Part shown: piece by piece, positions 47,847 to 60,119 of the stretch
How positions within the stretch are numbered: the first letter of the stretch is position 1
Layout: every line of letters starts with the position of its first letter
Assembly: GCA_054600435.1 (NCBI GenBank)
Contig: BAAIJX010000021.1
Coordinates: forward strand, 310,001 to 374,000
Direction of reading: 5' to 3'
Source of the DNA: Neophaeotheca triangularis
Taxonomy: Eukaryota
Length of the DNA: 64,000 nt
Notes under the pieces: model-generated
Seen by the model: the letters and a program-made list of their open reading frames with translations, nothing else
Told to the model about the DNA's origin: nothing
Databases searched by the model: none
Translations under genes and position numbers: made by a program

Positions 47847-50628
47847 TCAATTTCCCTTGTTCTTGCGCTCCTCTGCTCTCGCAAGCCGAGCCGCCTTGAC
47901 AAGAGGTGAAAGAGTTGCCAAGGGTTCTGCCGTCTGAATGAAAGCATGCTGCAGTGGGTGTATTAGTCTCAAGCCTTTACATCCGGGGTAAATACCGCCG
48001 CAAAAACATACCTTCAGCAAATCATGAGCACTGGCCCTCTTCTCCGGATCGACCTTGAGGGCAAAGTTCAGGAAATCCCTAAAGACCGGCGTAAGGTTGT
48101 GCTCTTCCTTGATGACCGGCGTGCCGTTTGTCGCAATCAAGTAAAGAGCTCGCAGAGGGCTTTCAGTCAAGTAAGGAGGTTCGCCTTCGATCATCTCAAT
48201 GGACATGATTCCAAGCGACCAGATGTCGATTTTGCGGCCGTACTCCTTGCGCGTGACGACTTCCGGAGCCATCCAGTACGGCGTGCCTACCATGGTCGTT
48301 CGCTTCATATGCGATTCGTTGATCTGGGCGCAGAACCCAAAATCGGCTAGTTTCGTTGGTCAGTATTGTTCTTGCACCTTTCAGCAGAATGACTGGGCCG
48401 CACTCACTAAGCTTGATGGAGCCTTCCATGCTCAAGAGGATGTTGTCACTCTTAATGTCTCGATGTATGACACCCTTGGAATGCAAAAATTGTAGCCCGT
48501 GCAGCGTCTCCCGGCACACTGCCGATATCTGGCCCTCACTCATCATGTTGAAGGTGACCACATCCGTCAAGCTGCCGCCCTCCATGTACTCCATGACCAC
48601 CCATAGATCACCCCTGACAAGAAATGAGTCCATGAAGTTGACTACATTCTTATGCTTTGAGTCCTTCATGACGAGAATCTCGTTGATGATCAGGTCCTTC
48701 TTTGGCTGCTGCTCGAGGTTCATTTGTTTGATGGCTACGCACTTGTTGGTGCCAACTTCGAAAGCCGTGTAGACGCCACCGGACGCTCCCTGGCCAATCT
48801 TGACCAGGTTGCGGTATTTCTTGGTCGGATCTTGTGGAGAGCAAATGTGCTGCAGCTTGGCAACTATCTCGCCGTTGGTGATGCTCTGTCTCGGTCTCTG
48901 CCTTGGTCTAGGGGCAGGTCCTACTCTCGGGTCTACGGCTGGTGGCTGCGGTACGTTCCTCGGGTCCTGCTGCTGAGATTGCTGCGGAGCAACGTTTTGT
49001 TGCTTCTGGGATCGCGAGCGCTCAAGTGACTGCTGTTTCAGAGCCTGTTGTGCTGCTTTCATGGCCTGTTCTTGCTGCTGCTGGTATTGCTGCGGCGAAG
49101 AGACTGGCGATTGACTCTGGTATTGCTGACTGCCAGTATTCGACCGGCTTCGGCTTTGTGCAGGCTGCGGCTGATTTGACGAAGACATGTCGTTCATCGG
49201 AGAGGGAGCGTATTTGGCATTCGAAAGACCTTCCTGCTGCGAACCCGGTATAGGCGGTGCTGGGCGCTGCGGAACGGCGCTTTGTTGATTTGCGCCTGGC
49301 GGGCGAGGCGCGGGCCTCATCGGCAGCATCTGATTGCCATTCGGTTGTGGGCTGGTAGGGACATATCCAACGCTGCCTTTCGGTACTGGTGGTGGAGCTC
49401 TCGGGTTCTCGAAGCTCTCGCCCTCATTTTTCGGGAAACGTGGGCTGGAAGGGGGACTGAGCACTTGCTGCTGATTGTACCCTTGCTGCTGATTGTATCC
49501 TTGTTGCTGGTTGTACCCTTGCTGCTGGCCGTATCCTCCAGGTGATACAGCTCCACTCGCTGCTGTAGTTTGCGGTGAGAGGCCTTGCTGCTGTTGCGCT
49601 AGTGGGCTCTCCTGTAACCGCGCATTGTCGAATTTGTGGTAAAGATTGTCATCGCTGCCCTTTTCATTGTTCTCATTCCAGAATGTCACCACGTCTATGA
49701 TAGCCTGTGGATTTCTCTGCTGTTCCTGCTCTGTTATGCCGTTGGCTTTCAGCGTTTTCTGCCATTCTTTTGGTAGGCCCTGTACAAGTTCATGTCAGTG
49801 ATTGTTCTTCCCAGCTCCAGGTCGGCGCAAGCTTCACCAACTCCCATTGAGCTTGGCCCATGCTGAGCGAAAGGTAGAACGCACCGTGAATTCACCACTC
49901 TCCGGATCGTAGCCTACGTGAGTCACATGGACTGGGTTCTCTGGCGCGGAAATGTTGGGTCTTCTAGGCGAGCCGACCAAGTTGTTCATGAAGCTCGAAA
50001 ACCCGCTCTTCTTCTTGAGCACTTTGCTGTCCTTGATCTCGTCGCTGTTACGCTGTTTCGGGCTCCGTATGCCACTCGGTTCGCCGCGCGGCGTGTTGAT
50101 ATCGTCCATCTTGCGCCCTGTAGCCGCTAAGCTTTGGCTCAAGCCTACAGTAGGATCTGCGACTGCTGGGTTGCTTCCGCTTGAGCTTGGGTTGTGCGGT
50201 ATCTGTGGACGCGATGGCGGTGCGTGGGAAGCTCCCCAGGCAGGTTCCGGGCCCGTGGAGTAAGGGACTTCGCTAAGATTATGTAGTACTGCGGCGGAGT
50301 CGAATCGCTGGCCAAGCAAATCGCTGGAAGACTTCTCCTGCAAGGAATAACGAGGTTGATGTTGGTATGACTGCTGCCGGGATTGTCTTGCGTTGAAAGA
50401 AGTGCCAACGGAATTGGCTAGTATTGTTGAATCAATGGACGTGTTTGAGGTGCTCGGCGAGGGCTGCGCGTGATGCTGAAAGCGCGATCGAATAGGCGCT
50501 GAAGGGGCGCGGCGAAGAGGCTGCTGTGATTGCCGGGTGTCGTGGGAAGAGGAGGGCAGGGAGGGGTACTGGCGAAAAGATGGTGGTGGCGCTTTCTTCT
50601 TCCTAAGCTTGTTACTGCCGTCAGGCAT
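47847..50628 (-). CDS. STE20: p21-activated kinase Ste20 (CRIB + Ser/Thr kinase)
   Basis: [18 protein letters not shown]; kinase [28 protein letters not shown]-terminal [10 protein letters not shown] (Gbeta-binding type); 3 introns. Confidence 0.95.
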
Positions 50629-51367
50629 TCTAACAACAACAGCGGCGTGGTAGACAGTAGGAGGTGTCGTTGTCGACGACCTGTCTTTGTTGTAGATCTG
50701 GAGACCTGCCTGGAAGCGAGGTGAAGCGTGCTACCTCTGGTCCTCTACCTCCTAGGTAAGGTACTGGAGGTAGGTACTTGCAAGTGTCGGCTCGAGTGGG
50801 CAATAGCCCGCTGGGGGTCTGGGCTGGGCAACCTAGTAGTGAGCTCCGGCTAAGAAACGGTAAAACACAAACCGAAGCGGGAAGCGGTAAACTAATTTAT
50901 TAATCAATAATTACAACCTTGGAAGTGCCTTGGATCACTACGAGTATTCGATTATGTGTTGCTCCTGCGGCATCTGCGGCATGCACTATGTACCGGTTTT
51001 ATAGTGGTGACGATACCATGTAATCTCGTCTCCTTCCTTGCCCGGGCATACAGAGGTAAGTTGTTGTCGACAGCAAGGTTGTGATTCTTGGCTGGCAATT
51101 AGCCCTTATCGGACATGGCTTCACAATCGTGTGCCACGCAGGTAGGTGGCGTTCGGAACAATGAATGAATCCTACCTTACCATACCTCCTAGGTTCCTAC
51201 AGTACCTTTGCCGGCTGTCTGCCTGCTTGATCATGCAATGGCGTATTAAACATGCCTGTCGCATCTGCAGGGTAAGGTAGTAATAATAAGACTTGTATTC
51301 GCGAGGCCGACAATGCTTGAGGCTTAGGTATGCTACTGTCCAGTATAGGGTAGGTAGTTGTTCAATC

Positions 51368-51426
51368 TCACATACACTCGAATACACACATACACACATA
51401 CACACATACACATAATATACACACAC
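51368..51426 (+). repeat. Imperfect (CA/CATA)n microsatellite
   Basis: Read directly. Confidence 0.85.
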
Positions 51427-51902
51427 GTCTTCGCAAGGGACATCTAATAACCACCACTATTTTCCGATCATGGACTCGTAGTCCTCCCATTGTGGATTCG
51501 CTTGTACATGGTGGACGCGCAGTCGTACGCCCCCCCCCTCCTCCCCCTAACGGTCTATACGCGAATCGCACAAACCAAAGAGTCAAAGACGCAGCAAAAG
51601 ACTCAAGAAGGTTCAAGGTTTCAAGGAACAAGGAACAAGGGATAGAAGCATCGCGCCGAACTCTGTACTTGTGTCGGGCCTGCATCCCGATTCCCGCTGC
51701 CCGTCGGAGAAAACTGCCAACACTCGATTCATGCATGGTTGATTTCAGCTGCACTAATAACATACTAAGGTACTACTGTCACTACTACTAGTTGACTGTT
51801 GTAACTTGTGGCTGCCCGACTCCGAGCCGTTGGGTTCTTCGACAAAAGACGTTGCGAGATGCAGCTTTCCAGCCGTTGTTGTGCAGATGACCTTGGAACT
51901 AC

Positions 51903-51929
51903 ATCCAATCCAATCCAATCCAATCCAAT
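51903..51929 (+). repeat. (ATCCA)5 microsatellite
   Basis: Read directly. Confidence 0.9.
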
Positions 51930-54179
51930 TATTATCATTCGCCCACGTCACTTCAGAATCTCTCCCGTTCGTCCAATCAATTGCTGGCTGCCGGTGTGTC
52001 CTGACTACTCCTAAAAGCATGCCACAAGTTCCCACAACCGCCCAGCAGCCTAGGTGAGGAGAAATTCTAGGTTCTCATGCTTGAAATGCAACGGCGTACT
52101 TAAAAAGATTAATTCCACACTTCCACAGATATCTATGAAACTTGGAGTAAATCTTGATTGATTACTACCTCTCGGCTTGCACCAGTCTTGTATGTATGCA
52201 GCCACGTCCGGATGCACATGTTAACACGTTCCCCATGCCTGTGAAACAACACGCATCACCATCGAATAATAACCAGCAATCACGTGTCTCTTCACGCCAC
52301 CGTAGGAGAGAGAGATCCACCTACCTTGACCAACGCCGCAGATGCAGCCCAACCCGCCTTCCGACTTGCACGCGCACTTAGCATCAACGTCTACCCGACT
52401 GATAGTGCAAGTCGCCTCAGCCCTTTTGAAGGCTTCATGTCGGACATGTACGTCGCACCAGAAGAGGCTGCAGAGGTGCTTTGATGGCTTTCCCTCGCTG
52501 GCTGGCTGGTCAAACGGCGCACCGTAGCAAGATGTACGTTTCTACGCGGGTTGAGGGCGGTCAAGCTCGCTGTCATCAGGGTACAACAGATGCCGGCACG
52601 CACGCGGTTTGTAATTGTGGGCTGTGGGCTATGCATGCCATCAGCCTTCAGAAGCGTCCAGTCGGTGGCTGTCCGCAGACCTGGTGTTTGGGATTGTATG
52701 AGGTTTCAAATGCTGTGGTTTGTGAAAGGCCAGGCCATTTTTTCTTCCATCGATCGCTGTAGTGTTGCGAAGGCGGTGCTTGAGGAGGGTTTGCGTCGTG
52801 ATGTACAGAGGTCTAGGCGTCGACATCGCGTTGAAAGTGCTACCCACCTCCAGGTTATAATGCGACGTCTCCAGGCGTGGGAAGGTATACGGCCTGGTCG
52901 AAAGCAATGGTCGGTACTTGACTGTAGTGGATCGTCGTTCGGCAGTTCTTCGCGGCCCGCCTCTGTCGTGTTGGCTATGGGAATAATCCGTGGATGGCTA
53001 CTGGCACCGTACCGTCTACTCTTAAATCCACACGTACCACAAGCTGTTCGGCTTGACTTGCTTGATACCAAAGTCTGGGTGACTGCCTCGGGTCTATCTG
53101 CAACGTCCCTGTGAACATTAGAAATACACGAGACGGTTGATCGCGCAAACAGCTGCGACGAGTAGCTCTCGACCTACCTCATCTGGAGCAATCACTGGCA
53201 TTCCATGCCTGCGTCTGTCTCGGCCTTTTGTACGATGTGAAAGACCCAAACACTGACCCTAAGCAGCATCCTGCCGAACATGTCCTGCTCTGAGATCTTC
53301 ACCCCGACCACTGGTCACGTCAGCCACTTCCCATGAACTCTCAACTCCTGAATCGTGACCGAAGCCAGATATCTCCACTGACTAACTTCTTCAAGCCGCG
53401 CCAACGGCTCTTGGGCAAGATAGAGGCTCGAATTGGTCGCAGCTGGCGATACCTAGGCCACCAGTGACCACCTCAAAAGACACTGATGCCGCTATCCAGC
53501 TCACCCCGCCGAAGCCGTCCGTATTTCATCCCAAAATCTTCCTCTGAGAGCGCCGCCTCGTGATGCCGGATGTTTCGAAGTGCGATGATGGGCGTTCGAC
53601 GGCAGCCACATGTCTTAAGACATCACTCCTTGGCCAAAAAGCCAATGGAATGCGAGCCCGCTCAAGCCATCGCAACACCAGGACGCGGAATGTCAATGTT
53701 AATACCAGGCGCTCGGGACAAATCTCCGCTCCCTCTGAAGGAACCTGTTCATCACCAACGTCAGATCCTTGCAGATCGTTCGAGACCAATGCTGGTCTGG
53801 ACGGGAAGGCACCTCCATACGTACGCTTTGACGCCTTTGAACGAGCTGTTGGCGTTGACCATGGCTTGTTTGGGTAAGAGAATGGGATGTGAGAGGGACG
53901 GGTGGTCGATACCGTGGTAAATGAGCAGCCCTCCTAAGCTTTTGCCTCCATTCCTCGTATATGCTCGTCGTAAACAAATCTGGAGCCCCTCGACGGTATC
54001 TCTCCCATGGCCTCAAACTCTCTTAAGTAGGCCCCTCACTGGTTCGAGACCCCTCTCCAGCCGTCGTCCCCTTCATCCATTCGCTCCTTATACCAGTCCA
54101 TCCTAGTCATTCATTCAGACATAAAAGCAGACCAAACCCCTGTAAAAACCCAAGTACTCCCACCAGTACATCTTTCACA

Positions 54180-54923
54180 ATGGCCAACCTCGCAGTAGGC
54201 CTCACCGTGTCCCTGCCACTCTACCAGTGGCCCCTGCCCGGGGCATGGGACCCCATCTACCTCTCCATCGAACGCAACCCCAACACCAACTTCGACATCA
54301 TCGTCAACCCCGAAAGCGGGCCGAGCAGTTTCCCCCCAGCCTCCGACTACATCAGCGGCGTGGCCAGACTAAACTCCTACTCCAACACCGCCCTCTACGG
54401 CTACGCCAAGTGCAACTGGGCCGAACGCCCCATCACCGAATTCCTCGACGAAGTCGCCACGTACGCGCAATGGAACGACTACGCCGCCGCCGACATCCAC
54501 CTCGCCGGCATCTTCGTCGACGAAGCCCCCTGGTCGACGGCCAGCTTACCCTACATGGCCGACCTGGGCGAGCAGATACCGCAAATCATGGGCGCGGAGC
54601 ACGGCCGCATCTGGACGAACCCGGGCACGACCGTCGACGACGCCTTCTACGACCACGCCGACATCGTGACCGCTTTCGAGCGCGAATTCGATTGGTGGCT
54701 GTCGCCCCAGCGCCAAGGCATCCCCGATCGCTTGCACAACCGCTCCGCCATTATGATCTTCCACTATCCCGGTTCGAGGGGTGGCATGGAAGCCGAGATC
54801 CAGACGATCAAGAATCGCGGCTTTTATAGCGCGTACATGGCTGGGTTTGAGAGGGAGTATCAGGAGTTTTCGGCCACTTGGCGACAGTTCGCTTATACCG
54901 TCGATCATATGAGGGATTCGTGA
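54180..54923 (+). CDS. Spherulin-4 family protein (GH135-like)
   Basis: PLY..P..GAWDP.Y, F.IIVNPESGP, GY..C.WA.R, LAGIFVDE, NPGT, VTAFE; intronless with strong C-ending codon bias. Confidence 0.82.
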   Translation: MANLAVGLTVSLPLYQWPLPGAWDPIYLSIERNPNTNFDIIVNPESGPSSFPPASDYISGVARLNSYSNTALYGYAKCNWAERPITEFLDEVATYAQWNDYAAADIHLAGIFVDEAPWSTASLPYMADLGEQIPQIMGAEHGRIWTNPGTTVDDAFYDHADIVTAFEREFDWWLSPQRQGIPDRLHNRSAIMIFHYPGSRGGMEAEIQTIKNRGFYSAYMAGFEREYQEFSATWRQFAYTVDHMRDS

Positions 54924-55370
54924 GGAGTGCGTAGGGAGTATCGGATGGGTAAACGAGCGTTGTTGGGGGGGCGGGTTTTTAGTGAGTGGTGCGGTCGTGC
55001 CGGGTTTTTTCCCTTCTTTCCTTGGAAGCTTTTTATGAGTTTGGAGAAACGCCTACTGGGGGTTGTTTGAATGCAATTGTGTGTGTACCGATCGTAGGTA
55101 GAGCAGCCATGAAAAAAACAAAAAGCTGCGCAAAAGAGGCCCGCTCCATTAGCGAGACCTCGCACGTAGTAGTGAATTGCACGCTGCCATTTCCGCTGAA
55201 ACCTCGCTTCAAAACGCTCGTGCTGACGCACAGTATGCTCCCATCTTTGCCGCTCCATAACGCCCATCCTTGTAAACAACCTGCTCCCCCTCTTCGCTAA
55301 AACGCTCACAGCAACGCCGTGACCCATCCCGAATAGACTGTATTCCCCATCTCGAGCCTGCTCCTCTCCC

Positions 55371-57017
55371 TCAGCTCTCAGAGCTTTCGCCGTTAGCAAG
55401 ATCGTCATCAATTGGAAAACCAAACATATCATACTCGGGGTATTCATCTAACTCCGAGTCGTAGGAATCCTCATCACTCTCGCCAAACTCATTACTGAAA
55501 CCATCCTCGTCAAGGCCATCCATCCCATCTTCCAAACCGGACAAACCGGAGTCATCGCCATCGAGCTCTCTCAGCATAACAGGGTCGACGACTCGCTCGC
55601 CCAAATCTTTGAGCCATTCTTTCGCAGACGTGTGGGTTTCGGAGGCTTTGAACTTGCTCGTGCGGATGGAGAGTTGGGTGATGTCTTCGATGTTTTCGCG
55701 GGCGGAAGCTTTGAAGTATACGGGGTCGCAATCGAGACGCTCGGTCGGCTCCTCTTCTCCTATGAAGCCTATCATGATGGACTGGAGTGGGGCGTTGTCG
55801 GGCAAAGTGACTGCGAAGGTTGGGAGTAAGGACGCCCAGAGCGAGGATGTGTCGTGCGGTTGCGGGCTGTAGTTGCGCAAGAGGGTGAGCTTCCAGAGGG
55901 AGAGAGCCTTCAGCTTGGGGCCGAATTTGACAAGCAGATCGAGCAGAGTCGGCATAACCACTTGAGCCATGCCAATCTCCAAGGTGGCCAAGTTGGACAG
56001 AGGGGGTGGGTGTAGAAGACGATCGGTTCGGTTCTTGGAGACGCTCTTCTTGCCAAGCCAGTGAAGCACCGGGTTGCAGAAGAATTGAACTTGGACAAAG
56101 TTGATGCGAAGTGTCTCTAAGTTCGAAGTTTGATGAAGCAATTGCTTGAGCGGTGCATCTATGGGGTCACTCTCGCTGCTAGGAAGGTGAGGAGCTCCAT
56201 GCCCAGTGTCCATTATCAACCCCAATGTGAGCATCAGAGTCTTCAGACCGGATATTACCGGCTTGACAATTTCCGCCATGAAACCGCTTTGTAGGACCTC
56301 AAGCGATTCCGGAATAAGGTGGCAGTTTCGCAAGAAGACTTCGATATTGTCCAGTCGCACGTTAGCCTTGCCAAGAGCGAACATGATCAGGGGTAAGGCG
56401 GTTGACGGTGGTAGCCTGTTATAGGATAGGACTCTAGTGTCGATGTCATTTTGTTGAGCTTGCTGTTGTGGCGTTGGCGATGATTGCCGGGGAGACGAGA
56501 GCGTCGGGTATATCGACGTCCAACCATAGCTCTTCCACAAAGCCGTCTCGCCGTCACGGAATCGGCCTCGAGCGTTGTAGTCTCGCAGACCTATGGTGCG
56601 GAGGTTTGGGAGGTTCGAGAAGGCTTCGACGAGCATATCGCTGGCACGACCCGAGTCGATCAACGCTTGCGAATACATTCTGCGGACTACAGTATTCGTA
56701 TCGTTGATATCGAGATGGACTGCAGCATTGTTGAATTTCTCAAGGCTGATGATGACTTCAGAGAGTCTTTTCGACAAGACGGCGTGCTTCGAGATGTCGA
56801 CGAGCGCTTGAAGCGATACTTCTTCGATTGCGAACTGGCGTTTAGTGAAAAACTCCCGCGCAAATGAGTCGAAGACTGCCTTTTCAATCGTTTGGCAGGT
56901 GAGTCGGAAGCATCCAAGTCTTGCGGTGGACAAATGGCTCGCCACACTGACCAGTAGCTCAGGGGGGAGTTCCAGGATTTTGGCGACGGGCGCCTCGGCG
57001 GCGGTCGTTGGTGCCAT
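55371..57017 (-). CDS. F-box domain protein
   Basis: ILELPPELLVSVASHLSTARLGCFRLTCQTIE, followed by LRR-like segments and an acidic tail. Confidence 0.82.
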   Translation of the reverse strand: MAPTTAAEAPVAKILELPPELLVSVASHLSTARLGCFRLTCQTIEKAVFDSFAREFFTKRQFAIEEVSLQALVDISKHAVLSKRLSEVIISLEKFNNAAVHLDINDTNTVVRRMYSQALIDSGRASDMLVEAFSNLPNLRTIGLRDYNARGRFRDGETALWKSYGWTSIYPTLSSPRQSSPTPQQQAQQNDIDTRVLSYNRLPPSTALPLIMFALGKANVRLDNIEVFLRNCHLIPESLEVLQSGFMAEIVKPVISGLKTLMLTLGLIMDTGHGAPHLPSSESDPIDAPLKQLLHQTSNLETLRINFVQVQFFCNPVLHWLGKKSVSKNRTDRLLHPPPLSNLATLEIGMAQVVMPTLLDLLVKFGPKLKALSLWKLTLLRNYSPQPHDTSSLWASLLPTFAVTLPDNAPLQSIMIGFIGEEEPTERLDCDPVYFKASARENIEDITQLSIRTSKFKASETHTSAKEWLKDLGERVVDPVMLRELDGDDSGLSGLEDGMDGLDEDGFSNEFGESDEDSYDSELDEYPEYDMFGFPIDDDLANGESSES

Positions 57018-57573
57018 GCTGGCTGAGAATGTGTAGATTATGCGAGATACTGTTTTGTGGTCAGTTCTGGAGGAAGCGAAGAAGTAAACGAGTATGTACC
57101 TCACACTTATGTACGCTAGTGAAGGTTAAGGTCTTCAGCTTTGCGCGATCGGTTTGACTCTGAAGCCTCGTCCAGTGAAGGCTGTTTAGGAGATTTGCAC
57201 TCAGAGTATGACGCGCAGGCGGATTGAAGACGTCGCGCCGCGATGCGCGAAGGTGAAGTGAAGGAGAAGGAGAAGGAGAGGGTACTTGTTGCAGAGGTCA
57301 AGTCAAGATATCTACAGCCTTTACATGAGATGTCTGCACGTGCCCCGGCGCACTAGCGCGTATTGCTGCCTAGGCAGCCAGCCAATCAGAAGCAGCCGTT
57401 GGTGGGGCTTGGTGCCTGCGAGTGCCTGCTCTTTTAAGTGCACTGGGTTGGTCTCAGGTAGGTACTGTATTAAGTATCAAGGCGGGTACTAACCGACTTC
57501 ACCCTTCCTTCAATACATACTGTGCCCATTCGACTTCGACTACACGCTTCGCAAGACAGCCAAGAGACGCACA

Positions 57574-59527
57574 ATGGCCGAATACTCCAAGTTGAAGGTG
57601 GCTGATTTGAAACAGCTTCTCGTCAAGCGTGGTGTTGAGGCCGACGGGACGAGAAAGCAGCAAATGATCGATGCCCTGATCTCTGATGACAACGATGCTG
57701 GTATCGACACCAATGCAGATGCGCAAGACAGCAACAGCGGTAGACCCGGAAAGAAGAGAGCTGCTTCTTCTGCCTTTGACATCCCCGACTCCAAGCAACC
57801 CAAACTCGAAAGCAACAGCGTAGCCCAGTACGTCAACTCTTCGGCCCGTGTCCCGGTCGACGAGAATTGCCATCTCGGCGGGTACCAAGTCTACATTGAC
57901 CCGTCGAACATAGTGTGGGACGCGGCACTCAATCAGACCAACGCATCCAACAACAACAACAAGTTCTACCGCATCCAAGTCCTGCACAAAGGCAACGACT
58001 TTCGGACCTGGACTCGCTGGGGCAGGGTTGCTGAGAATGGCCAATCGGCCACTCTGGGCAACGGCAAGCTTGACGATGCATTGAAGAACTTTGAAGACAA
58101 GTTCAAGTCCAAGACCGGCCTCAAATGGGCTGACAGGGGATCGGATCCAAAGTCAGGGAAGTACGTGTTCGTGGAGAAGAATTGTGAGTGAAGTCTTCCA
58201 GCCTACCTGACCCAACTGTAGGCTGATTCTCACATAAAAGATGACGATGACGATGACGAGCCTCAAGCAACTGCCGGCGCTGGTGCCCGTCCCGGATGGA
58301 AGGCTCCAAAATGCAGTCTGGAACCAGAGGTCAAGAGCCTGATGGAACTCATTTTCAACCAAAAGTACTTCGCTGCGGCCATGGTCGACCTCAACTACGA
58401 CGCAGCCAAGCTGCCACTAGGAAAACTCAGCAAAGCCACCATCACCCGGGGCTTCCAAGCTTTGAAAGATCTTTCTGCCATTCTTGACGACCCTTCCCTC
58501 GTAGCCACCAGTTACGGCATGCCGGTTGGCGACGCTATCGAGGACCTGTCAAACTTGTACTACTCGCTCATACCCCACGCGTTCGGGCGCAACCGACCTC
58601 CGGTCATCCAGTATTCCGAGCAGCTCAAGGGCGAGGTGGATCTGCTGGAGAGCCTGAGCGATCTCAAAGCCGCAGACGACATCATCAAAGCCGACAAAGG
58701 CGACGTCGAAGAGGTCCATCCACTGGACCACCGCTTCAAAGGTTTGGGCATGCGTGAGATGACGCCAGTCTCCCCGCTCAGCGACGAGTTCTCCGAGCTC
58801 AGCAATTACCTCACGAAGACTTGCGGCTCGACCCATAGCGTCAACTACCAAGTGCAGGACATCTTCCGTATCGAGCGGGAGGGTGAGGTCGATCGCTTCC
58901 AGAAGAGTGGGTTCGCTGAGATCAAGAGCGACAGGCGTCTGTTGTGGCACGGTTCTCGAGCAACCAATTACGGTGGTATACTTGGACAGGGGCTTCGCAT
59001 CGCTCCACCTGAGGCTCCCGTGTCTGGCTACATGTTTGGCAAGGTAAGCAATGGCCCACGTAGCGGCTGCTTCTTTGATGCTAACAGACCCGCAGGGCAT
59101 CTACCTCGCTGATATGAGCTCCAAGAGTGCCAACTACTGCTGCTCCTACGCCTCGGGCGGCACAGCACTGCTTCTCCTTTGCGAAGCTGAGCTCGGCGCG
59201 CCAATGCAGCAGCTGTTGCACGCAGACCCGGGCGCAGGCGAGGAAGCCAAGAAGAAGGGCTTGTACTCAACTTGGGGACAAGGTGAGGTCGGGCCACAGG
59301 GTTGGAAGGACGCAGGCGCGGTTCATCCGTCATTGGCGGGTGTGCAGATGGTAAACTCCTTCGCTACCTTTACACTCGTTTTGATCAATGCTAAACTTCC
59401 CTTACAGCCAGACACGACCAAGCCACCCTGCGACACGGAGGTAGATGCGTATCTCCAGTACAATGAGTACATCTGCTACGACGTCGCTCAGGTTCGCCTT
59501 CGCTACCTGCTGCGTGTGAAGATGTGA
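57574..59527 (+). CDS. Poly(ADP-ribose) polymerase (SAP-like, WGR, regulatory, catalytic), 4 exons
   Basis: NNNKFYRIQ, TRWGRV, LPLGKLSK, LLWHGSR, GYMFGK|GIYLAD, YNEYICYD (H-Y-E triad intact); introns 58184-58240, ~59044-59095 and ~59351-59407. Confidence 0.93.
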
Positions 59528-60119
59528 GCGGGCGTCAAGTCAATGGGGTAGATGTTTGCGTTGCTTGACGGCCACCCGGGAGACATCTGGACTGCGATTC
59601 GAAACCGAGTGGCGCATCGGACGATTGTGAATCGCTGGATGCGACGGTTGAGAGGTGCCATGAGGCTCCATTAGCGCGAGGTCTTAGCCTGCAATGAGAT
59701 AGCTGTATGCAAAGACCTGAACCCTTTTCAGAATGCAGGTGGAGGGTGATAGTAAGGATGGATCATCGTCTGCAAGACGTAAGGTAACGTACAACAAAAC
59801 AAGTTTACCACGAAATCGATAAGTATCCGCCTTGGCACGGCAGGGCATCCATTAGGTTGGTCGTAGCTTCACTCGATGGCGTGGCGCGGGATTCGATCAA
59901 CTTGGCAGTCGGGAGCGCCTGGGGCTGCCCCAATAATAATAATGTCGGGTGCCAAAACCAAATGCTTTACGACGTCAATAATGATAATAATAATACTAGT
60001 TAGTACGATCAAAGTCGCTGCTAACGTCAAATGTACTTTAGTGGCGCCGACTTTAACCTTCCGACTACTGCCTCCTACCTTTCTTCTTCACTTCTTCACT
60101 TCTAAACCTCCTTCCCGGC

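Noticed and set aside
16406..50628. CaaX peptide, SCP160 and STE20 as a mating cluster
   Set aside because: They are spread over 34 kb among unrelated housekeeping genes, with no MAT, receptor, APN2 or SLA2 genes in the window.
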